A DNA stretch of 61,828 bases, filler included. It is 16 parts of 16 records of this genome, joined end to end, with 100 filler letters (N's around TTAATTAATTAA, not from the genome) between each part and the next. Parts side by side here need not be neighbours in the genome. Positions count along the whole stretch, not along the records: positions 36,244 to 39,245 come from SRR7504441_127305; positions 39,346 to 43,687 come from SRR7504441_127384; positions 43,788 to 47,395 come from SRR7504441_127401; positions 47,496 to 51,462 come from SRR7504441_127745; 12 more parts are not named here. One strand, given 5' to 3'. Within the stretch, counting starts at the first letter, position 1, and every line of letters starts with the position of its first letter. The notes below the pieces were generated by a model. That model ran no database searches and had not been told where the DNA came from. It saw nothing but the letters and a program-made list of their open reading frames with translations. This document shows, piece by piece, positions 36,538-47,534 of the stretch. The position numbers and the translations under genes were made by a program.

Positions 36538-39245
36538 TCAGTGGCGAATCGAGCTAATCAACAGACCCCTGCTCGTCACATGTTGATGCTGTGATCCTTC
36601 TGCACCGAGCCCATGGTAGGCGGGCTCTCCTGCTTGGTGTCCGGAGCCGCCTGCCCCCCGCTCGCCCAGCAACAAAAGGCTCAAACACACCACTTGGAAC
36701 TCGGCAATCTTTGGGGCGTCTGAGAGCGCCTCCGCCTCCAGCTTGGACAGCCGCTCCGTCATGCTATCAAGCCGCTCCCCCTCCCGGCAGCCGGAGTCTG
36801 CTGGAACCCACGTATTAATGTCATTAGATAACAGGCAGACCTCTAGCGAATATCGGGTTGGGCTCGTTAGGTCCGAGGTTGGGCGAGCAGCAGGGGGAGC
36901 CCTGCCGGCTTGGGTTGAACCCACGCAGCAGCTGGTTGCGTCGCATCAGCTTTTTGTGCTTTGAGTGACTCACCTGCACGCAGTGACGGGCTATATTTAG
37001 CAACGGTGGGCGCACTTGGTTAGAATACATGAGGTCGGAATCAGTGATGTCCTCATCGACCTGGCCCGGTTCGTGCTCCTCCGAACCTGCAGCCCAGTCA
37101 TAAAGAGATGGCGCCATTCACACCGGTGTTGAGCCGCTCTTTGTATTTGATAGTGTCGAGTCGCGCTGGGACCACCCAAGTGAATGCAGTATACTTCTGG
37201 AAGTCAGCGAGGAAGTAGACTCCCAAGGCCATGAACAAGGAGAGAAGCAGGTAAGAGACCTACAGTCAGGATTACGTTCAGCTGCTAGATGTGCAATGCA
37301 CCGAGTCAGACGGTTTGACAAAGTTGTACACAAACGACTGGAAGCATTTGGAGAAAATGTAACCGATGGAAGAGTTCCAGTTCCGTTGGAGCCTCTCGGC
37401 CAATTTGACAAGGAAATACCTGCGATTAATCGGATCGGGACTGGTGATCCGCGGATGTTAACTCATATCAAAAAGATCAAGAGCAGGGATGGATGGGGGG
37501 CACCTCCGCTCAGGGTTTGGCCACTTGTACATCTGGCTTGCCTTCATGAATAGAATCTTTGGGATCATCAGCAGACAGAACGCCACCGCGAGCGCCACAA
37601 AGATAAACTCTAATTCCTCCGTCTCGTCGGCTTCACCGGAGAATCCCGCAACGTATACCTACACACGAGGCTGGTCAGACGCTCAGCCAACAGAATATAA
37701 CGGCACAGGGATGGTCCGATTCATCCAGTTGACGAACATGAGCGCCATGAACGTGCTCGATATTCCAGTCCAACTCCCCCAAAGCAGCGCGGTCTTAGGG
37801 TCCTGATCCATCCACTGTCACACCCCCGTCAGATCCGGTCCAACCAGGCCGCCGCCTTCTCTCGCTCCTTCTTGGTGAGCTGGGCCGAGGTCGTCTCTTT
37901 CCCGAGCTCCAGATCGATGGCGCCCTTTTTGGATTTCCTGCCCGAGCCGTTAGATTTGGGCTGTGGATTACTCAGGTTCCTGTCCTCGGTGCGGGAGAGA
38001 GATATTGAAGTAGGAGGGTCAAAAAGCTTGCGGCCGCGCTGCCGGGGCATCTCCACACACAGCAAAAACTGTCCCAAGCCGCTGAGTCCTCCCATGGACG
38101 TTAGTGTTCTATACTATTATACAAGCACTCGTACAAGTATCATATTAGCACTGCAGTGGCGGAGCTACCATGCAGCTCGCCACAAAGTTGAGTAGAAACA
38201 TGCCCACCCAGGCAAACGCCAGGCAGGCGTTGGGGCTCGGCGAGCCTGGGCAGCCAGTGAGCCGGCCGGAGCCGGTGGGAGCTGCCTGGTGATTCATAGG
38301 TAAGAAGTTCGACCTGCACGTCCCACGAGAGCGCCACCCACCTGACAGCCTCGTCACGCCACTCGCCGTCAGTACAGCCGACACCAGGTCAGATTCCCGG
38401 CGTAAACTGCCACCAGTCGGCGCTGTATCCCCAGGTGAATGCTCGCAGCTGCCAGCCCATATCAGCTGCCTCCCTAATTAGGGAAAACTCACTGTAAAAT
38501 TCGGCGTTAGGGTCATCCCAGTCAACATCCTCCGCATTCTCCTCGTCCTTGCAGACCAGTCATTCAATAAATTAATCTGGCGGCCACCTGATCGTCCAGT
38601 TTGATCTGCTCCTGACGTAGATTGTTCTGCCGTCGCTGCAGCAGCCAAAGCATTGCAGCAACGCCCACTGTCACGATCACAGCCACGCCCCAGAAGGTCG
38701 CTGCCCCGACCTGAGCCGAGCACAGCCGAGCCGAGTCACAGGCAGGGCCCATATCCCAGCCCCAGAGGTCTAGCAAAGACACAAACGTCGCATACACCTG
38801 GCCAACTCACCGGTTACTCCGGCCCGCGCACTCACCAGGGTGCTCGTGATGGCAGCAGTCCCTCCAATATAGGCCTCGAACAGCTTACCTGCAACCAGCC
38901 ACTCCCACACCGGCAAGCCCTCGCCCCACCGCCGGCGATTGGCTCCAACCCTTGCGCTTCAAGCTTGGCGTCCTGGGCACAATCTCAGCGGCCAGCGCCA
39001 GACCGCGGGCGCCTGGAACGACAGAATCTGGATGAAAATAAAGATCAGGATGACCAGCAGAAGTGCTCGTTTGAGGAAGTCGCCCCAGTCTGTGATAATG
39101 GTCCCGACCTCATCTGGCCGCCGGCTCGGCCGCGGCACCCCCGGGGGGCTCACCCTTGCCGAGGGCAGATATGCCCACGTTGGCGTCGGTATCTGGCGGG
39201 TACAACAGTCAGCCCGGCGCCGGGGGGGGGGGGGGGGGGGGGGGG
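36538..39245 (-). CDS. Multi-pass membrane protein of unknown function (one or more intron-rich genes)
   Basis: Series of minus-strand hydrophobic exon-like ORFs (RALLLVILIFIFIQILSF, FWGVAVIVTVGVAAMLWLL, EFIFVALAVAFCLLMIPKIL). The structure is not fully resolved. Confidence 0.4.
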
Positions 39246-39509
39246 NNNNNNNNNNNNNNNNNNNNNNNNNNNNNNNNNNNNNNNNNNNNTTAATTAATTA
39301 ANNNNNNNNNNNNNNNNNNNNNNNNNNNNNNNNNNNNNNNNNNNNTGCCGAGGGCAGGATGCCGCTCAGACGTCTTGTTAGCTACTCGCCAACCCGGCTA
39401 GGTACCCACATGGTGCCACTTGCACTGAGTGTACTCGCTTGTGATCAGCCCAACGGCATGAGTCGGTATCCCTGCGCCCCTTCACGGCGCGGCTGGTGTC
39501 TCCAATCCC

Positions 39510-40673
39510 ATGATATCTACCCGCGCCCTTTGGGCGGTCGGGCTGTGCGTGGCGCTCGGGGCACCGCCGTCGGGGCCGGCGACCATCGTGCCCGGCCCGT
39601 ACACAGTCACCGCCACCCGGGGCAACGGCGGGCAACCGATCATCTCGTCCCACCTTCCTTCCTCGTCCGCCTTCGACCTGAACCTAGTCCCGGCCTTCCT
39701 CCTGCTGCCCGACCGCCAGCCGGCCCTGCTGGTGCGCTCGGTAAACGGCACCAACTGGAACCGTCCCAACGGCACTGCCAGTACCACCCTGCACCCGGAC
39801 CAGATCACCCTGGCCAAATTCGTGAGCAACCCAGCCAACGCCTCTGCGGTCCGGCTCACCCCGATCGGGGCGCGAGACGTGGTGCTCGCGCCGTCCGGTC
39901 CGAGGGAAGCCTGTGGAGTCCAGGACCCACGGGTGGTGTTTAATCCTGCTGACCAGACCTATTACATGACCTATTGCACCTACGGCCCGCCGCTGGCCCC
40001 GGACCCTAAGACCAACCCGGATGGCATTCTATGCGGGGATGCGGGGGTGGGGATCGCCACCTCCAAGGACCCGGAGCTGGCTGGATCGTGGGTACGCCGG
40101 GGGTACAATTGCAATGACGGCGCGTCGGGGGATCAGTGCGGCAAGTCGGCTGCGATGCTGGTGAGGCCGGCCGGGCCGCACTACATGTTCTGGGGGATCC
40201 CGCAGCTGGCCGTGAGTCAGTCGAGCGACCTGCTTCACTGGAGAGTGACCAACAGTTCGTGGCTGCTCCCGGATGCCAACTTCCAGGAGATGTGGGTGGA
40301 GGCAGGATCTCCGCCCCAACGGCTCAGCGACGGGAATTACATCATGAGCTACAATATCGCAGACCAGGCGCTACTGTAGGTATGTGCCAGTACTCATTTG
40401 GGGGGGCAGGATCTGTTCTGGGGGATTGGGTACCTGATTCTCGATGGCGATGATCCGACCAGGATAGTGCAAAGAGGCACGAGAATGCTCTGGCCGACCG
40501 AGCCGTGGGAGCAATGCGACAAGACCGCCGGCACCGCCTGGGAGCCCTACAAGAACTGCATTGGCGCAATGAACTCGCTGCATCCGCTCCCGGAGCCTGA
40601 CACTTTTCTCGGGTTTTATGTGGCGTGTGATGCCGTATGCGGGGTCGCCACTATCACCGTGACCAAGCATTAA
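39510..40673 (+). CDS. Secreted GH130-like five-bladed beta-propeller glycosidase, one 42-nt GC-AG intron 40368-40409
   Basis: Signal peptide; CGVQDPRVVF..DQTYYMTY, GIATSKDP..WVRRG, KSAAML, VEAGSPPQRLSDGNYIMSYN and GYLILDGDDPTRIVQR...PTEPWE. Confidence 0.78.
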
Positions 40674-40840
40674 AACCATGGAATTGACCGCTTTGGACAC
40701 AAGAATATACTTTACCGATTGCGTAAGCGCCGAGCATAGCGCGCAGCGCGCAGCTCAGCCCGCGCTGGCAAGAATCGAACCTTGTGCTCAAACGGATCGC
40801 TGCGGGGCTTGGGGGGCGCCGCTGGCGTGGGCACTTCAGA

Positions 40841-43668
40841 ATGGCGTACGACTTCAGCAGCTGGCGGCAAGCCAACGAGGCGGCGCTGCTGATGAGCCTG
40901 CAGCTCTCGCTGGCTTGCGACCTGCTGGTGCTCTGGCTGGCGATGCGGCACCAGTGTGTCCGGCCGAGCAGCCAGACATGTATCTTCGTCTGCATTGTGC
41001 TGATGAACCTGATCAACTCGACCATCACCATCGTCGAGCTGCTCCTCTCCTCGGTCGACTGCGCCTCAGTCGCCCCGGTCACCGAGTTCTGTCTGATCGG
41101 AGGTGAGCTCTACGTGTTGCTCTTCTCCGCGAATCTCGTCCGGTGCCCGGCCCGGCCCGGCCCTGCGAGCCCCCGCCAGCTCTGTGAACAACCCATTCGC
41201 GCCCCCGCACCTGCGAGCATATGCCCTCCACGGGTTCGCGTTGTTCTCCGCCGGCTGCTTTGCTGTGGCCACTGCACTGTCGGTGCGGTGTTGGGCCGCT
41301 GGAGGGGCGAGCATGGGCGGCAGGGGCAGGGCGGCGAGTCGGTTCTGGGTCTATGCTGGATCCAGGCGGGCAATGGCGGCACTAGAGTGGACGACATTAA
41401 GCTGGACAAGTGGACAGGTGGCCTCTGCCGGAGGGGCGCGTGCCAGCTGGCTGGCAGTTTCACTGTTCTTAGCGCCGATGATAGTGATCTACGCCAGCAC
41501 GCTGGCCGGCTGGATATGGGTTTCCCGGCGACTGCACGCGCTGGCCCGGCTGCAGGGCGACCAGTCGCCAGCCAGCCCTGAGACTAGCTTTGTTGAAGCC
41601 ATGGCCGGTTCGATCAAGCTTGACCGGCAGGAGAGTGTGGAGTCAACCTGCTCTCTGCGCGAGTCGCTTAAACAGTCTGTCCAGGCGCAGGGCTCGGCCG
41701 TGCTGGCCTCGCTGGATACTCGAGCGGAGAAAATCAACCAGGTGCTCCGGCCTGGCTGGCGAGCTCGACCGTGGGGCAGCTGACCAAGATTATTGTTTTC
41801 TTTGTGGTGTACTGGACTATTGTAGGGATAGTGATGGCCATAGAAAAGACGGCCGCCGACTCGCCGGAGCTCGAGATGACGCTGTTGGTGCTGTTTGGCT
41901 CTAAGGGGACCCTTCTGCTCGGGCTGTGGCTCTGGATTCAGCCGAGCTGCAACCCTTCAGTCGCGCTGGCAGTGGCCTCCAGGAACAAAGGTATCAACTA
42001 CGCGCTTCGGAATGAGGTGCTCCGGATGACCACCGCCGGGATATGCGGCAGCCTGCTCATGCAGCGCTGGGCTCAGATTACGCTCCAGTATGTAATGCAC
42101 GAGGTGTTTTAATCAGGCACTCAGGCATGAGCGGTGTGTCAGGTTCACCTCCAGGACAAACTCCTCTACTGGCGGCTGCTCCTGTACGAGTTCTCGAGCA
42201 TCTCGCGCAGCCTGCCTGATATGGGCCACCAGCAGCAGTTTGAGGATTACTGCCCCATGCTGGTGCGGGCTTTGTCCGTTGCAGCTGCTGAGTGGTTGTG
42301 CCAGTTTCACCAGCTTCGGGAAGCCAGCGGGATCCACACCCGCGATTATATTCAGTCCATGTCCAAATCCGGCCGGGAGCAGTTCAGCGAGGGCGCCTCC
42401 GGGGCCTTTCTTTACTTTAAGGACAACCAGAGGTGCCTAGGGGTCGTATATTAAGGACTTCCAGCGGTGTTTCGCCTGGCAGTGAGTCTGAGTGTGTTGG
42501 GCATGTAGGTACATAGTTAAGACCTGTACCGACCGCGAGTTCAATTACTTGCTCAGGATCCTGCCCCGGCTGTGCAAGTACGTGAAGCAGCAACCTGACA
42601 GCTTGGTCAACGCCATCTGCGGTCTACATGCGGTGACCTTATACGATACCCGGATCAAGTTCATCGTTGTACCTTGCTTCCTGCACCAGTCGGGCCTGAA
42701 TGCTCTGGGCAGGTCCGGTCCTTCTACCACGGACTGCCAGTGCACCAGAGGTATGATCTCAAGGGGAGCTGGTACGGGCGCATGACTGTACCCAAGACCC
42801 CAGGCAAGCTAGCCAAGTGCCAGTACTGCAGTCTCAACTTTGTGGTGGGCGCGGCCGACAACCGGTGTGCCATGAATCCGAACGGTGCCCCGCACTTTTG
42901 ACAAGCCGCCTACTGCGGGGCAGGGTTTCGGCACGAATACTCGAGTGTTTGGAAGGATCTGAACTGGGAGTCTCGCATGCACTTGACAGACGAGCTGCGG
43001 GACAGGCTCTCGATCCAACTTTGCCAGGACGCCGACTTTTTGGCCTCGATCAACTGCATAGACTATAGCTTACTCGTCGGCATCTACAATTCCTACAACA
43101 AGATCAGCCGGAAGAAACGCCTATCCTCACGGAATGGGACGACGGACAGGCTTTCGTCACAAGCCGATTCGGCACAGGGTGCTGCTTCGGAGGAGCTAGA
43201 GGAGCAGCCTGGCCAAGCGGAAGGGGAGCACGAGCGGCTGCTGTCTGACGAGGCTCCGCTCCTGAATAGCCTTGGGGGTCTGGACGTGGTGGCTGTGGAA
43301 GGCCCTGCACAGTACTACGTGGCGGTGGGTGGGGTTTGGAGCGCTGGTTGAGTGCTGGTTAGGTGATTGATATTTTGAAGGAATGGGACTGGCTGTCGCG
43401 CCTGGAGCACTGGGTCAAGACCAGGCTGCTGTGCCAATCTGTTAACGGAATCTCGTGCCAGCCACCGAATGTGTATGCGAGCAGGTTCAAGCAACGGGTG
43501 GTCAAAGCGATAGTGGGTGGGCGCTCGGAGTTGCTCTCCTCGATGGAGGGATGGCCCTTGGGCGAACAGCTCGAGGAGATGCCCTCACTCGAGGCGATTT
43601 CTCCGCTCGGGTCTATAGAAGTAGAGGGTGACACACGAGGCAGCTCGGCACGAAGCCTCACTGTTTGA
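40841..43668 (+). CDS. GPCR-PIPK: seven-TM receptor fused to a phosphatidylinositol phosphate kinase
   Basis: About seven hydrophobic helices with NNPF and LCWIQ, then linker NYALRNEVLRMTTAGI. Kinase motifs follow: FEDYCP, FSEGASGAFLYF, YIVKT, YDLKGSWYGR, DADFLASINCIDYSLLVGI, VIDILKEW and ISCQPPNVYASRF. Confidence 0.87.
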
Positions 43669-43787
43669 ATAATTGTTTGATCAATAANNNNNNNNNNNNN
43701 NNNNNNNNNNNNNNNNNNNNNNNNNNNNNNNTTAATTAATTAANNNNNNNNNNNNNNNNNNNNNNNNNNNNNNNNNNNNNNNNNNNN

Positions 43788-46700
43788 CGCGACGCGCCCT
43801 GCGCGGCCAATGACCGGGGGTGGCAGACATGCTCGACACGATCTGTGCGGACGACCAGGTGGATTGCCGTAGCCGTCATTGTAAAACCGCAGGTGCAGGT
43901 GCACTACGGGCTGATTAACTCGCCCAACGGGATCCTGATGGGCTACGTCGAATGGACTGGAGAGAACATAAATGGAATGAAGCGGTCATACATCATGAGG
44001 AACCTGGGCCAGACCAACGAACTTTTCGGGTACTGCCACTATACATTTAAACATTCGGTTCGGGACGAGCTCGATGCCGAGATGACCGGTTCACTATTGA
44101 TGACTAGCCGGCGACTGTGACATGTGGGTCAGAGAATGGCGAGTTTGCAGGCGAGCGCACACTGGGCGAGGCACTATTGATAAGCGTGTGGATGTGAGCA
44201 GTGCGGACAGGTCAAGGGCTGGGAACCCAACCTGCAGGACTGGTCGGGCTCTTTGTGGTCTAGGGCTGAGCACACTTCAGGCAAAACATGTGGAACCAAA
44301 CCAACCCGATTGACGGGTGGGACCCGAACAGCCAGTGGATATACAAGTGGAACCCGTCTGTGATCTATAAAGTGTCGGCGGTTGAGCCGGACGCAGGACT
44401 GGTGACCTCGAATTTGCCAATCTGCCGGCGGAGGACATGCCCCGATTAAAGAAGATCTACAGTCGGTGCAAGGTCATCCCCAAGTCGATTGTGCCCAAGG
44501 AGTTCATGGTGCGGGCTGTTTCGCGAACCCTGGGATCTTATAGCTCCGGGGTATGTCTATAGGACAAGCTCAAGCAGATTCAGAACGCCAAGAAGGACGA
44601 GGACCTGCCTCCAATGAGCGAGGAAGACATGATAATCGCAGCCCGGTGTGAAGGTGCCCTGCCTGGGCTGGAGATAGACTGCTCAGCCCGGTTTAGGCAC
44701 GCTCGATATCTACGAGGGGAAGAATGCGGATGTAGGCAAGCTCAAGAAGGTACGGCTTCACTCATCAATTCATGATGTGGTCCTGCCAAGTTGGCTAGCT
44801 GGCTGTGTGTGACAGCTGGGTCTATAGTGGGTGGCCGGGGAGGCAAGGGTTGGATGGGGGCACCTCGAATTGGGTCCATAGCGCCTGTCCTTGGGCTGCA
44901 CTAGTGGACATGCTCAGAATGAGGCTGTTCTATTGACTGAATCTCCAGTCCGTTTGCTAAACTGGCTGTCTTGGGGAGAGGTTTGAGCCTGGCAATGAAT
45001 TCAGGGGTGCAATATGGGCTCCACGGCCTGAAGCAGGCCAAGGTGGGGTTTCAGACTGGTTGTTGGTCGATGACACGATGGGAGTTAGCCGGCTTGGGGG
45101 CGTTTTCACCGGACGAGCACTGGCCCTCGCTGCTGGCATTTTGATCGCTGTGACTTGCAGTTTGGCTGAACGGAGTTACGACCCCGGCCGAGGGTCGAGA
45201 TTGGTGGGCTGGCTGCCGATTGTGGGGGCGGCACCGCGCTGCTATGTGTGCCAACTCGCTACCTGTGCCAAGCAGGCTGTGGCTTTTGGCTGCAGGATGG
45301 GCTGACTGAAACTTGAGCCTGAATGGAATGATCAGAATTTTACGTATCGATTAAGCAATTGCAATCGCCTGCAGGTGGACGAGCCCAAGAAAATGAAGAA
45401 GATTGCCCCTGTTCCGGAGCCAGAGCCGGCGCCCAAGCCAGCCCCAGTGCGCTGCCCATAAAAAGACCTGCGTGAAAATGCCCCAGAAAAAGATCGAGCC
45501 TGTACCAGAGCCTGTACCGGAGCCTGTACCGGAGCCAGAGGCTCTGGCGAAGCCAGACGAAGGTCAGTTGGCACTAGCTGGAGCAATTCCACGTTGGTAT
45601 ATTATAGTGGCAAGCCGGTGGCATAGGACCTGTTGAGAAAAAGTACTTTATCTATACCACGTCGCTGGGGGCCAACCCCAAAACATTGGATGAGGTGAAC
45701 CAAGTCAAACTGATCCTGGACATCAACCAGGTCTCATACTAATACTGGGTAATATTCTGGGGTCTAGATTCTACGAACCACCTGAGCCCCTAGATCCAGC
45801 TCCAAAAGATCTGCACAGTCCCTGTGGCTCTGGTCACAACGAGGCTGCTGCCCATACCCCTGACTGTGTCCAAGACGCGTTTGGCATGATCGCGCCTTGT
45901 TTGAGCCTAAGTGCCTGAGCTGTGGCAGCCGGGTCTATGCTAGGTGTCTGGGACGGAGTGTTGAGTCTGATACGGATGGATGGGAGCTTAAGGGTTGGCT
46001 TGATGTAAGTCTTGACAGCGGTGGGCTGGCTGGGGGCCGGATCTGTGGAAGTTTGGCTCGAAAGGGCTGCCTGGATCGATCATTGGTGATATCTTGTGCA
46101 AATTTGGCTGCAGATGGGCTGGCCGGCCTGACCCCCTTGCAAAAACCTGAAATGATCCACCCTTCCTGAATTTTCTCCATATATATTCTGTGGGGTATCC
46201 ATGGACAGCTCGTACTGAGCCTGGGTATCAATCAGATTGCGTATGAAGAAATTGATCTCTACATTGATGGATGCATGGGAGGCACCAAGGGTAAGGAGAT
46301 GGTCGCCAAGAGTGGCTCCCGGCAACTACCGCAGGCATTGTAGCATTGATAATTACTCATATTAATTAATGCAGCAGATCTTCATCAATGATCAATACCT
46401 TGAGGGTGGATTCGAAGAATTCAGATGGCGGAATGAGCTCGGCGAGTTGTAGGCCGTGCGAGCCTAGAAGGGCAGAATATCAATTGATTTTGGCGGATTT
46501 GGCCTGGGCATTTCGGCTTTGGTCTAAGAACTTATGGTTAAATTTGCGCACCCTCCCTTGGGTCAAAATAGTCACTCACTACAAGTAGATGTAAAGTAGA
46601 TGTCGAATCATGTTAGAATCATGTTACCATATGTATTGTAGTGTTTCAAGCTAGACCCCCTGTGTACTGTGTGTAGTGGGCCGTGCCCACACAATCATGC

Positions 46701-47395
46701 GAGCATGCTCTAGACTCTAGGTCTGCGCCCTAATTATAACTGACAGTAATCATTATCCCTAAGCGAAACCAGCGGTTGCAGACGGTGTCATTCTGCACTT
46801 GTGCCCTTTCCATCTGGGACCTATCTGGGACCGCCCTGTTTGCGATCCACTCGATGCCTGGATAATTTCGCATAGCAACCTCCATTGCCTTTGTATTGGT
46901 CTCCACCACATGATAATCAACGGCCTTCGCTACAGCAATCACAAAAAGTACATTTTCCTCTTGCTGAACCAGTTTTGTTTAGCCTATTCCCGTCAAGGAT
47001 CGAGTTTGTAGTAATCCCAAATACTAGCTCCTGTAGCTAGGCTATAGCTAGGCCACCTCCTCAGTGATTCAACCAAGCAAGACCAGCCTTGCCTTGCGCC
47101 TGCCATCCCTCTTGGATTCCAGAAGCATCCGCCATTAGCACCCTGGCACAGAACTGGTCGATCCAGCTGCTCTCTGTCACGAGCCCTATCCATATGGTTT
47201 CTTCGCTTTTCAGGGTACTTTTGCTTGTTGCTACTGGAGGGGTGCCGGGAGAAGATAACAAGGCAGACTTATTGACAAAGTGATTTAAGTCTGGGGAGTT
47301 TGAGAGCAGGAGTTTTAGTTTAGCGGAGAGTGAGAATACTAGGAAGGCTAATTTTCTTCGGCGGCTCCTGAATTTAGACGTTAGATCTATATAAA
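43788..47395. pseudogene. Decayed coding/repeat-derived region with premature stops and CpG depletion
   Basis: Protein-like fragments are broken by stops (e.g. GVCL*DKLKQIQNAKKDEDLPPMSEEDM near 44560). There is a GAGCCTGTACC tandem repeat at ~45496-45540, no ORF over 100 aa, and only 5 CG dinucleotides in 44761-45060. Confidence 0.5.
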
Positions 47396-47534
47396 NNNNN
47401 NNNNNNNNNNNNNNNNNNNNNNNNNNNNNNNNNNNNNNNTTAATTAATTAANNNNNNNNNNNNNNNNNNNNNNNNNNNNNNNNNNNNNNNNNNNNAGTGG
47501 GCACCGAGATCAATCATCCGGAACCATAGACTAT

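Noticed and set aside
39221-39245. Poly-G run as a G-quadruplex element
   Set aside because: It lies at a contig end, and poly-G tails are a common sequencing or assembly artefact.
4068-41178. Introner family suggested by introns starting GTGCCCGGCCCGGC in the PKD2 and GPCR-PIPK genes
   Set aside because: Similarity is limited to low-complexity GC-rich starts. I saw no shared internal sequence, terminal inverted repeats or consistent target-site duplications.
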